64,000 nucleotides of DNA from Sulfitobacter sp. (GTDB lineage: Bacteria; Pseudomonadota; Alphaproteobacteria; Rhodobacterales; Rhodobacteraceae), in contig NZ_JBDWCI010000001.1 in the NCBI RefSeq assembly GCF_039977885.1, positions 10,435 to 74,434 of the forward strand. Reading direction: 5' to 3'. Positions 1-8,688 of this stretch are shown piece by piece; the first letter of the stretch is position 1; each line of letters opens with the position of its first letter. The translations under genes and the position numbers were made by a program. The notes under the pieces are model-generated. The model made no database searches. It was not told the DNA's origin and worked only from the letters and a program-made list of their open reading frames with translations.

Positions 1-985
1 AGATGAAGGGAAAGCACAGCACGTTGTTGACCTGGTTCGGGAAGTCCGAGCGGCCGGTGGCGATGATCGCATCGGGGGTTACTTCGCGCGCGAGGTCCGG
101 CATGATTTCCGGCGTTGGGTTGGCCAGTGCAAAGATGATCGGGCGGTCGGCCATTTTAGCGACCATTTCAGGGCTAAGCACGCCGGGGCCGGAGAGGCCA
201 AGAAACAGATCGGCACCCTCGATCACATCATCCAATGTGCGCAGGTCGGATTTTTGCGCATATTCGGATTTGATCGGGTTCATGTCTTTCTCGCGGCCCT
301 CATAGACGAGGCCTTCGATGTCGCAGAGCCAGACGTTTTCGCGTTTTACACCCAGCTTCAGCAGCATGTTCAGGCAGGCAATGCCCGCCGCCCCGCCACC
401 GGTGCTGACGATTTTGATGTCTTCGAATTTCTTGCCTGCCACATGCAGTGCGTTGGTGGCAGCGGCACCCACAACGATGGCGGTGCCGTGTTGGTCGTCG
501 TGGAAGACGGGGATGTTCATGCGCTCGTTGCAGATGCGCTCAACCGTAAAGCAATCGGGGGCTTTGATGTCTTCGAGGTTGATCGCGCCAAAGGAGGGCT
601 CCATCGCGCAGACGATTTCGGCCAGTTTTTCAGGGTCGGATTGGTCCAGCTCGATGTCAAAACAGTCGATATTGGCGAATTTCTTGAACAGGACGGCCTT
701 GCCTTCCATCACCGGTTTGGAGGCCAGCGCGCCGATATTGCCAAGGCCCAGAACGGCGGTGCCATTGGTGACCACAGCAACCAGATTGGCGCGCGATGTA
801 TAAAGCGCGGCGGTGGCGGGGTCTTCCTTGATCTCAAGGCAGGCTTCGGCGACGCCGGGACTATAGGCGCGGGCCAGATCGCGGCCGTTTGCCAGCGGTT
901 TGGTGGCACGGATCTCAAGCTTTCCGGGCTTGGGGAATGCGTGGTAATCAAGGGCAGCTTGGCGGTTTGTGGTGTTTTCTGACAT
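1..985 (-). CDS. maeB: NADP-dependent malic enzyme, 5' part only (runs off the window start)
   Basis: Manual translation of the minus strand from the ATG at 985 gives MSENTTNRQAALDYHAFPKPGKLEIRATKPLANGRDLARAYSPGVAEAC, the typical MaeB N-terminus. It is absent from the ORF track, presumably because it is open at the window edge. The C-terminal PTA domain cannot be seen. Confidence 0.9.
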   Translation of the reverse strand, partial: MSENTTNRQAALDYHAFPKPGKLEIRATKPLANGRDLARAYSPGVAEACLEIKEDPATAALYTSRANLVAVVTNGTAVLGLGNIGALASKPVMEGKAVLFKKFANIDCFDIELDQSDPEKLAEIVCAMEPSFGAINLEDIKAPDCFTVERICNERMNIPVFHDDQHGTAIVVGAAATNALHVAGKKFEDIKIVSTGGGAAGIACLNMLLKLGVKRENVWLCDIEGLVYEGREKDMNPIKSEYAQKSDLRTLDDVIEGADLFLGLSGPGVLSPEMVAKMADRPIIFALANPTPEIMPDLAREVTPDAIIATGRSDFPNQVNNVLCFPFI

Positions 986-1009
986 CTGGAGGGTCCCTGA
1001 TTTGCGATT

Positions 1010-1027
1010 TAGTTTATCGTTAAACTA
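1010..1027. promoter_or_regulatory. Palindromic operator-like site upstream of maeB
   Basis: TAGTTTA-TCGT-TAAACTA, perfect 7-bp arms around a central CG, in the AT-rich maeB/cdd divergent region. Confidence 0.45.
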
Positions 1028-1188
1028 GTTTTTGCGCCATTAACACAGGCTTGTGCGCGGCGGGAGCAATCACGCCTGTTGAAGGGTTTTCCTGTCGCGA
1101 CGTGAGGGGGAATTTGCTGCGGTTTATTCATGGATATTCCGATAGTTGACTGCTAGCTTTGCGGGAATCTCGACGTGAGGAGCAGGCG

Positions 1189-1584
1189 ATGAAGACAGAT
1201 TTACGGGCAGCAGCATTGGCGGTGCGTGAGAATGCACATGCGCCCTATTCCGGCTTTAAGGTGGGCGCTGCGCTGCGCGCGGCATCAGGGGTGGTTTATA
1301 CCGGATGTAATGTCGAAAATATCGCCTATCCCGAGGGCACCTGTGCCGAAGCAGGGGCGATTGCGGCCATGGTTGCCGCAGGCGAGACGGTGATCGCGCA
1401 GGCCTATGTGGTGGCGGGATCGCCTTTGCCGGTGACACCCTGCGGCGGCTGCCGCCAGAAGCTGGCGGAATTCGGTGCAGGCGATGTACAGGTCACGATG
1501 GCCACCGTTGAAGGGGCCGAACAGACCATGAGCGTTGCCGATCTGTTGCCGGGTGCGTTTGACCCTTCATTTTTGGGGCGCTGA
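1189..1584 (+). CDS. cdd: Cytidine deaminase
   Basis: AHAPYSGFKVGAA, GCNVEN, CAEAGAI and PCGGCRQ zinc motifs; GAGGAG RBS before the ATG at 1189. Confidence 0.95.
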   Translation: MKTDLRAAALAVRENAHAPYSGFKVGAALRAASGVVYTGCNVENIAYPEGTCAEAGAIAAMVAAGETVIAQAYVVAGSPLPVTPCGGCRQKLAEFGAGDVQVTMATVEGAEQTMSVADLLPGAFDPSFLGR

Positions 1585-1585
1585 T

Positions 1586-2890
1586 ATGGATGCGCGCGAT
1601 ATTCTGTCCAAGCTGCGCCATGATGTGGCGCTCACTGCGGATGAGGTGACATGGGTCGCGGGGGCTTTGGCTGATCAAAGCCTGAGCGATGCGCAGGCCG
1701 GTGCCTTTGCCATGGGGGTGTGCCGCAACGGGCTGAGCGCGCAGGCGCGGGTTGCGCTGACGCGGGGCATGTGTGCCTCTGGCGATGTATTAAGCTGGGA
1801 CTTGGATAAACCGGTTCTGGACAAACATTCGACCGGCGGTGTCGGTGATTGTGTGAGCCTTGTTCTTGCGCCTGCTTTGGCGGCATGCGGGGCCTATGTG
1901 CCGATGATTTCGGGCCGTGGTCTTGGACATACGGGCGGCACGCTGGACAAGCTTGAAGCGATCCCCGGTGTCGGCGTTATGCTGGATGAAGCGCGGTTGC
2001 GCGCCGTTGTCGGGCAGGTGGGCTGTGCGATTGTGGGGGCCACGGGGGCCATCGCACCGGCGGACAAGCGGCTTTATGCGGTGCGGGATGTGACCGCAAC
2101 GGTCGACAGTCTGGACCTGATCACCGCCTCGATCCTGAGCAAAAAGCTGGCTGCGGGGCTGGACGGTTTGGTGCTGGATGTGAAGGTCGGTTCGGGGGCG
2201 TTTATGAAAGATGTAAGCGCCGCGCGGGATTTGGCGCAAGCGCTGGTCGAGACAGCAAATGCGGCCGGATGCCCGACGCGGGCCGTCATCAGCGACATGA
2301 GCCAGCCGTTGGTGCCCAGCCTTGGCAATGCGTTGGAAGTGGCTGAGGTCATGCGTGTGCTACGCGGCGATGTTCAGGGTCCTTTGGTCGAGCTGTCGGC
2401 CACATTGGGCGGCGTCTTGTTGGCGGGGGCGGGGCTTGCTGCGGACGCGGAGGCGGGTGCCGAGCGGATCAAGAGGGCGATTGCCGATGGCCGCGCGGCC
2501 GAGCGGTTTGGCGCGATGATCGCGGCGCTGGGCGGGCCGGTGCGTTTTGTCGAGGATTGGCAGCGGTTTTTGCCAGAGGCGACTGTGGTGCGCGAAGTGA
2601 CGGCGCAGGAGAGTGGCGTGGTGACCGCGATCAACGGTGAGGCGCTGGGCCTTGCGGTGGTTGGCCTCGGCGGCGGCCGTATGGTGGAGAGTGACAAGAT
2701 CGACATGGGCGTTGGTCTGTCGGATGTGGTGCGTCTGGGCACCCGCATAAGCAAAGGTCAACCGCTGGCTGTGGTCCATGCGGCGCGGCCAGCGCAAGCG
2801 GATCGTGCGGCGGCGGCGGTGCGTGCAGCGATCACGCTGGGTGAGAGCGCGGTGGCAGCACCGTCCCTGATTGTCGAGTATCTGGGCTGA
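1586..2890 (+). CDS. deoA: Thymidine/pyrimidine-nucleoside phosphorylase
   Basis: DKHSTGGVGD, SGRGLGHTGGTLDKLE and SILSKKLA motifs. Confidence 0.95.
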   Translation: MDARDILSKLRHDVALTADEVTWVAGALADQSLSDAQAGAFAMGVCRNGLSAQARVALTRGMCASGDVLSWDLDKPVLDKHSTGGVGDCVSLVLAPALAACGAYVPMISGRGLGHTGGTLDKLEAIPGVGVMLDEARLRAVVGQVGCAIVGATGAIAPADKRLYAVRDVTATVDSLDLITASILSKKLAAGLDGLVLDVKVGSGAFMKDVSAARDLAQALVETANAAGCPTRAVISDMSQPLVPSLGNALEVAEVMRVLRGDVQGPLVELSATLGGVLLAGAGLAADAEAGAERIKRAIADGRAAERFGAMIAALGGPVRFVEDWQRFLPEATVVREVTAQESGVVTAINGEALGLAVVGLGGGRMVESDKIDMGVGLSDVVRLGTRISKGQPLAVVHAARPAQADRAAAAVRAAITLGESAVAAPSLIVEYLG

Positions 2891-4104
2891 TGGCGCGCGC
2901 GTTCCTTGTAGTTATGGATTCGGTCGGTATTGGCGGCGCGCCGGATGCGGATACGTTTTTCAACGGCGATATAGCGGACACGGGGGCCAATACGATTGGC
3001 CATATCGCACAGGCCTGCGCGGCGGGGCAGGCCGAGGAAGGCCGAACGGGGCCGATACAGCTGCCGGTGATGGCGGGGCTGGGATTAGGCGCGGCCCTTA
3101 AGGCGGCCAGCGGTCTGGAGGTCGCGGCCTTTGATGTCCCCGTGCAGGGCACATGGGCGGCAGCGACGGAGGTTTCGCGCGGTAAGGATACGCCTTCGGG
3201 GCATTGGGAACTGGCAGGGTTACCCGTGCCGTGGGAATGGTCCTATTTCGAGCGGACCGAAGGTTCGTTTGACGCCGAATTGATCGCCGAAGTGTGCCGG
3301 CTTGCGGGCGTGGAGGGCATTTTAGGCGATTGCCACGCGCCCGGCACCGCGATCATCGAGCGGTTTGGCGCAGAGCATATGCGCACGGGCCAGCCCATTT
3401 GTTATACATCTGCCGATAGTGTGTTCCAGATCGCAGCCCATGAAGAGACATTCGGGCGCGAACGTCTGATCCGGTTGTGCGCGGATCTTGCGCCTTTCCT
3501 TCATGCGCGCCGCGTGGGACGTGTCATTGCGCGTCCGTTTGTCGGCGATGTCGAGGCAGGGTTCAGCCGCACGGCAAACCGGCGCGATTTTGCAATCACG
3601 CCGCCGGAGCCGGTGTTGAGCAATTGGGTGCAGGATGCAGGCCACGCGGTTTTTGCGGTCGGAAAGATTGGCGATATCTTTTCTATGCAAGGCTTTGACG
3701 AGGTGCGCAAAGGCACTGATGCGGAATTGATGGTCCATCTGGGCGATTTGGTGGGGGATGCGCCGCAGGGCAGTTTGACCTTTGCCAATTTTGTCGAGTT
3801 TGACAGCCTGTATGGCCACCGCCGCGATGTATCGGGCTATGCCCGCGCGCTGGAATGGTTCGACCGCGAGATTGGCCGTTTGATCGCGCAGATGCAGCCT
3901 GAGGATATCATGGTGCTGACGGCGGATCACGGAAATGACCCTTCATGGATCGGCACGGACCACACCCGCGAGAGAGTGCCTGTTTTAGTTGCAGGTCAGG
4001 GGGCTGGAACATTGGGGCAGATCGCTTTCAAGGATGTGGCGGCTTTTGTCGCCCGACATCTCGGGGTAGAGGTGCCACAGATACATAAAGGAGCTTCCAG
4101 ATGA
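2890..4104 (+). CDS. deoB: Phosphopentomutase
   Basis: [28 protein letters not shown] and TADHGNDP motifs. Confidence 0.95.
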   Translation: MARAFLVVMDSVGIGGAPDADTFFNGDIADTGANTIGHIAQACAAGQAEEGRTGPIQLPVMAGLGLGAALKAASGLEVAAFDVPVQGTWAAATEVSRGKDTPSGHWELAGLPVPWEWSYFERTEGSFDAELIAEVCRLAGVEGILGDCHAPGTAIIERFGAEHMRTGQPICYTSADSVFQIAAHEETFGRERLIRLCADLAPFLHARRVGRVIARPFVGDVEAGFSRTANRRDFAITPPEPVLSNWVQDAGHAVFAVGKIGDIFSMQGFDEVRKGTDAELMVHLGDLVGDAPQGSLTFANFVEFDSLYGHRRDVSGYARALEWFDREIGRLIAQMQPEDIMVLTADHGNDPSWIGTDHTRERVPVLVAGQGAGTLGQIAFKDVAAFVARHLGVEVPQIHKGASR

Positions 4105-4736
4105 GCAAACCCCATTTGACCGTCGTGGACCACCCGTTGGTGCAGCACAAGCTGACCATCATGCGCGACCGCGACACGCCGACAGCGGTGTTTCGCCAGT
4201 TGCTACGCGAGATCAGCCAGCTGCTGGCCTATGAGGTCACGCGGAGCCTGCCGTTGACAACCAAGCGGATCGATACGCCGGTGCAGCCGATGGATGCACC
4301 AACGCTGGACGGCAAAAAGCTGGCCTTGATTTCGATCCTGCGGGCCGGAAACGGGTTGCTGGACGGTGTGCTTGAGCTGATCCCGTCCGCGCGGGTGGGG
4401 TTTGTAGGCCTTTACCGTGACGAGGAAACGCTGAAGCCGGTGCAGTATTACTTTAAAGTTCCCGAAGCGATGGAGGACCGTTTGGTTATTGCGGTCGATC
4501 CGATGCTGGCCACGGGGAATTCTTCGGTGGCGGCGATTGATCTATTGAAGGAATCGGGGGCCACCAACATCCAGTTTTTGTGCCTGCTTGCCTCGCCTGA
4601 AGGGATCGCGCGGATGAAAGAGGCGCATCCGGACGTTCCGATTGTTACCGCCGCTGTGGACGAAAAGCTTAACGAACAGGGCTATATCGTGCCAGGTTTG
4701 GGGGACGCAGGGGACCGGATGTTCGGCACCAAGTAG
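4101..4736 (+). CDS. upp: Uracil phosphoribosyltransferase
   Basis: [21 protein letters not shown] and [12 protein letters not shown] motifs; ATGA overlap with deoB. Confidence 0.97.
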   Translation: MSKPHLTVVDHPLVQHKLTIMRDRDTPTAVFRQLLREISQLLAYEVTRSLPLTTKRIDTPVQPMDAPTLDGKKLALISILRAGNGLLDGVLELIPSARVGFVGLYRDEETLKPVQYYFKVPEAMEDRLVIAVDPMLATGNSSVAAIDLLKESGATNIQFLCLLASPEGIARMKEAHPDVPIVTAAVDEKLNEQGYIVPGLGDAGDRMFGTK

Positions 4737-4745
4737 TGATTCGGT

Positions 4746-4789
4746 CGCGCGATTCGCGAATCAATTCGCTATGATTCGCGAATCGCGCG
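4746..4789. repeat. Perfect 18-bp inverted repeat; each arm contains the 12-bp palindrome GATTCGCGAATC
   Basis: CGCGCGATTCGCGAATCA (4746-4763), an 8-nt loop, then TGATTCGCGAATCGCGCG (4772-4789). Confidence 0.9.
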
Positions 4790-4926
4790 GCAACTGATCT
4801 GATAACTGCCGGAAATTGGCGCCTAATTGCTCAAAATATGGCGAAAACAGCGCGATTGTTCACACGACTGCTTTACGTGCGTTGGTAGCTTTGACATGCT
4901 GGACACAATATACTGTGGGGGCGTCA

Positions 4927-6327
4927 ATGAAACTTAACAAGATAGCGACGATTGTATTCATCTTGGGGACGGTCAGTGCCGGTGCATTATCCGCACAGAC
5001 GCGCCCCGGAAGCCAGCCTGCGGAGTTCCCGCCGGCCTCTTACCAGGGCAAGCAATATGTTGACAGCGCGGGCTGTGTTTTCATCCGCGCCGGCATTGAT
5101 GGCAATGTCTCATGGGTGCCGCGTGTATCGCGGTCGCGCACAGGGGTCTGCGGTTTTCGCCCGACCTTTGCTAATCAGGTGACCGAGCCGGAGCCGGTTG
5201 CTCCTGTCAAGACTGCCGAAGTGATTGAGATCGCGCCCGAGGCTGTTGCCGCTCCGGTGGCGGTGGCGACACCAAAACCCAAGCCAGCGCCCGCCCGTGT
5301 TGTGAAAAAGGCCGCGCCAAAACCCGCACCCAAAGTTGTGCGCCAGCAGCCTGCGCCGCCCAAGATTGTTGAAAAAGAAGTGCAGCCTGCCCAGCCCGTA
5401 GTCCGTAGGGCAAAGGCACCTGCACCGGCCGAGGCTGCTGCTTGTCGCGGGGCTTCGCCGCTCAGCAGCCAGTATCTGCGCTCGGATAAATTCCCTGTGC
5501 GGTGTGGCCCACAAGATGAGGCTATTGTTGGTGCGCGCATTTCAACCGCACCCGCGCCTCGCGCTGCGGCTCCTGTTAAAACCGCAGCTGCCAAAGCGGC
5601 ACCCCAGCAACAGCCGATCCGCGTGTCGCCCAACCGCCGGATTGTGCCGCGCCATGTGGCAGTCAACCGTGTGAATACGACGAATGTTCAGGTGCCTGCC
5701 GGTTATACAACTGTCTGGACGGATGGCCGTTTGAACCCAAAACGGGCGGAGCAAACATTGGCGGGCCACCGCGCGATGAGCTTGATCTGGACCTCGACTG
5801 TGCCGCGCCGTTTGATCAATCAAGCGGACGGACATGATGTGACGGCCTCTGTTCCGTTGGTGTATCCTTATACGGATTACGCACGGCAACAGCGCGAGCT
5901 GGGTCAGGTGACCATCGTGAAACGCAATGGTCAGACGCTCAAGCGGATCGTGCGCGGCGCAAGCAATGTGGTCCACCCCGAGCCCGGTCAGGCGCGGGTC
6001 GATACGGTTGCGCGCCAGCCAGTCTTCTCAAGCCGGTCTGCCGCACCCAAGGCAACGCCCAAGGTTGCACCCAAACGCGCAGCCCAGCCAAAAGGCGAAG
6101 TAGCGGCGCGCGGATTTGTGCAAGTTGGCAAATTCAACGACAAAGCCTCGGCCCAGCGGCTGGCCAAGAAAGTGCAGCGCATGGGGCTTCCGGTGCGTGT
6201 GGGTGTCCACACCCGCGATGGACAAACCAGCCGTCTTGTCATTGCAGGCCCCTTTGGTGGCGAGCGTGAAGTGAGCAGCGCGATCAAGAAGTTGCGCAGT
6301 GCTGGATATAAGGCGTTTGCACGCTAA
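4927..6327 (+). CDS. Secreted SPOR-domain protein with Pro/Ala-rich linker
   Basis: Signal peptide MKLNKIATIVFILGTVSAGALSA; C-terminal SPOR-like repeat GFVQVGKF...RLVIAGPF...AIKKLRSAGY. Confidence 0.8.
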   Translation: MKLNKIATIVFILGTVSAGALSAQTRPGSQPAEFPPASYQGKQYVDSAGCVFIRAGIDGNVSWVPRVSRSRTGVCGFRPTFANQVTEPEPVAPVKTAEVIEIAPEAVAAPVAVATPKPKPAPARVVKKAAPKPAPKVVRQQPAPPKIVEKEVQPAQPVVRRAKAPAPAEAAACRGASPLSSQYLRSDKFPVRCGPQDEAIVGARISTAPAPRAAAPVKTAAAKAAPQQQPIRVSPNRRIVPRHVAVNRVNTTNVQVPAGYTTVWTDGRLNPKRAEQTLAGHRAMSLIWTSTVPRRLINQADGHDVTASVPLVYPYTDYARQQRELGQVTIVKRNGQTLKRIVRGASNVVHPEPGQARVDTVARQPVFSSRSAAPKATPKVAPKRAAQPKGEVAARGFVQVGKFNDKASAQRLAKKVQRMGLPVRVGVHTRDGQTSRLVIAGPFGGEREVSSAIKKLRSAGYKAFAR

Positions 6328-6349
6328 TACTGACGCTGATTTTGAATTG

Positions 6350-6386
6350 AGGCCCGCCAGAGAATATCTGGCGGGCCTTTTCTTTT
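6350..6386 (+). terminator. Intrinsic terminator after the SPOR gene
   Basis: 12-bp stem AGGCCCGCCAGA/TCTGGCGGGCCT followed by a T-rich tract. Confidence 0.8.
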
Positions 6387-6444
6387 GGCGTTGGAAGTGT
6401 GACGGGGTGCGGCGTTTTTTGTGCCCTTGCTCAAGCGGGCAAAA

Positions 6445-7458
6445 TTATCCGCCGCAAATGCTTTGCAGGCGCAGCCATGCGCTGTCAGGGAGCAGGGGCT
6501 CTGTCTGTTTGTTTTTCATCGGGTCGCCCTCGATCAGGGCAAGAACGCTTTCGCCGGTAATATCGCGGGCACGGGCATAGGGGGTAGCGCGCACATCTGA
6601 GGCCTCGAACAAGGCAAGCAGATTTTCTGTGTCCGGCGTTTGGGGGGGGGCGGTCATCAGGTGTTCTGCGTAGGCGTCAAGCGCGGCGCTGGAGACTTCG
6701 CCCGTGGTCAGCAAACGGAAATTCTCCCATGGCCCCACCGTATCGAGCAACTCTCCAAGCGGATCATGGTTTAACTGCTGGGCAACCTCGCCCAGAATAT
6801 AGCCTGCGGCGACATCGGGTTCTTCCCAATCCTCAAACACGCGGCGGTCCAGCACGATCACCCCACCGGGCAGGTGAAGGGCTGCGCGACCAAGGGCCGG
6901 CACCACGGCAAGTTTGGTCGTGTCCAAACGGGTGCCAAGGCGGCGCAGCGCGCGCAGGCCCGCGGCATCTGAACACATCAGGCCGGTAACCCGCTGCATC
7001 CGCTCCATCAGGGCCACGCCGAGGGCTTCGCGTTTGACCTGTGGAACCACGCGTAGGGTATTGTCGCGCATGGCACCGGGCAGCCAGAAGATGAGTAGAG
7101 CTGCGACAGCGCTTAGCGATAGGCCGACACCCAGCCAGCGCAGCCTCCCGGGGCGGGGGCGGCCTTTGGCGATGGTGCTGCACAGGGTCTCGATGGCGTT
7201 GATCATTTCTTTTTCGCTGGCAGGCAGTTCCAACGTTTCGCCCGTGTCCCCGTCGGGATGGTAGAGCGCGGGAATAGATTGTGGATTAGCCCTTTCCACG
7301 GCGGCCAGTGACCAATGGGTGATGGCCTGATCATTCATATCAGAGATAACAAGCGTGGCGTGCCCGATCGAGACAATGACTTCGCGCCGCTGGCCCTCGG
7401 CATCGGGCCGCCACAGACCGATGGCCTCTAGGCGATCATATTTTGAAAGGGCGGTCAT
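6445..7458 (-). CDS. Membrane-anchored hypothetical protein with M48-peptidase-like architecture, lacking HExxH
   Basis: N-terminal soluble domain, one TM helix (WLGVGLSLSAVAALLIFWL), then ALHLPGGVIVL...EEPDVAAGYILGEVAQQ where M48 proteases have HExxH. Confidence 0.6.
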   Translation of the reverse strand: MTALSKYDRLEAIGLWRPDAEGQRREVIVSIGHATLVISDMNDQAITHWSLAAVERANPQSIPALYHPDGDTGETLELPASEKEMINAIETLCSTIAKGRPRPGRLRWLGVGLSLSAVAALLIFWLPGAMRDNTLRVVPQVKREALGVALMERMQRVTGLMCSDAAGLRALRRLGTRLDTTKLAVVPALGRAALHLPGGVIVLDRRVFEDWEEPDVAAGYILGEVAQQLNHDPLGELLDTVGPWENFRLLTTGEVSSAALDAYAEHLMTAPPQTPDTENLLALFEASDVRATPYARARDITGESVLALIEGDPMKNKQTEPLLPDSAWLRLQSICGG

Positions 7459-7660
7459 GAATATCTGCTCGGGTTTTGTTTCGCGCTACATTACCATTTG
7501 GACGGGGTAGGGCAATGGGAAGCAGCATCTATGCTGATCGGCGGGGCAGCCGCTGTGTGGCGGTGGTGGTGGCGCGGATGCTTGCATGACGCGGAGGTGT
7601 TGTGCCGTCAAAATCCGGCGGCCTTGAAGCCTGCCAATGTTTCACGGGAAAACGCGATGA

Positions 7661-7788
7661 GGCTGGCCTTCCTACCGGTTCCGGCGGCTAGGCTCCCGCA
7701 GCACTGTATTGCAAGTATCTCTGATCACGATATTGAGGAGGTAGCATTCTGCAATCATCAAGACAGCCGCCGCAAACCAGAAGGAGCC
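7661..7788. other. Putative structured RNA: long imperfect hairpin overlapping the RBS of the downstream gene
   Basis: Nested complementary segments found by eye (detailed in findings). Confidence 0.4.
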
Positions 7789-7795
7789 GCGCTAT

Positions 7796-8440
7796 ATGAT
7801 CCTGTCGCGCGGCCGCCGCTATCTGTTTATCCATGCACCCAAGACGGGCGGCACGTCTATGGCGCTGGCGCTTGAGGCGCGTGCGATGAAGGATGACATC
7901 ATGTTGGGCGACACGCCCAAAGCAAAGCAGCGGCGCAAGCGGGTATCGAATGTGCAGGCGGCGGGGCGGTTATGGAAGCATAGCACATTGGCCGATCTCG
8001 ACGGGTTGGTGGGGCATGATGAGCTGGCGGATCTGTTCATCTTTACATTGGTGCGTAACCCATGGGACCGCATGGTGAGCTATTATCACTGGCTGCGGGG
8101 GCAAAGCTTTGCCCATCCGGTGGTGGGTTTGGCCCGTGATCTGGAGTTCGGCGAATTCGTCCAGCACGCGCTTGTGGCGCAAAGCTTTTCACAGGCATCT
8201 GCAGTTTCCTATGTCACGGACATACAGGGGGATATGCGGGCGGATCTGTTTATCCGGTTGGAGCATCTGGCCGATGATATCGCGCCTTTGCACGCGCATT
8301 TGGGTTTTGACCTTGATATCCCGCATGTGAACCGCAGTGATCGCCATGAGGATTATCGCAGTCTATATAATGACAGCAGCCGCGCTGCGGTTGCCGAAAT
8401 CTGTGCCGCAGATATCAGCCGGTTTTCCTATCGTTTTTAA
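7796..8440 (+). CDS. Sulfotransferase family protein (Sulfotransfer_2-like)
   Basis: FIHAPKTGGTS (PAPS 5'-phosphosulfate loop) and TLVRNPWDRMVSYY (3'-phosphate motif); AAGGAG RBS. Confidence 0.8.
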   Translation: MILSRGRRYLFIHAPKTGGTSMALALEARAMKDDIMLGDTPKAKQRRKRVSNVQAAGRLWKHSTLADLDGLVGHDELADLFIFTLVRNPWDRMVSYYHWLRGQSFAHPVVGLARDLEFGEFVQHALVAQSFSQASAVSYVTDIQGDMRADLFIRLEHLADDIAPLHAHLGFDLDIPHVNRSDRHEDYRSLYNDSSRAAVAEICAADISRFSYRF

Positions 8441-8688
8441 TCACAGTGCGGCGCGGCCTGATCATTGAGGCGGAAAAAAGCACGTAATGACGGGGTTTCC
8501 CTTATTTGCGCGCAGACTGTTGCTGCTGTTTACCTAATCTTGACCATTCTCCCGAAATTATAGGGTTACGTGATGACAATGCCCCATTTCCGCCCCGATA
8601 GGGTCGCTTGGTGGCCCAGCGAATCGGGCCAATTGGGGGCAGAAATAAAAGAACGCGCTGAAATGGTGCACCAAAGGGGACTGAAACA

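Noticed and set aside
254-982. 242-aa plus-strand ORF, and similar long ORFs opposite fadJ, acd, ushA, aroA and rpsA (e.g. 10985-12004, 23558-24853, 54765-56003, 59309-60559)
   Set aside because: They are antisense shadows of well-supported genes, expected in high-GC DNA with strong codon bias, and show no recognisable motifs.
7459-7795. tmRNA, SRP RNA, RNase P or a known riboswitch in this gap
   Set aside because: I found no ANDN-type tag, no CAGGTCCGGAAGGAAGCAG, no GAGGAAAGTCC, and no TPP, B12 or glycine aptamer core.
7498-7875. 125-aa ORF spanning the 7459-7795 gap
   Set aside because: No RBS, Cys/Trp/Arg-rich non-protein-like composition, and it overlaps the sulfotransferase in another frame.
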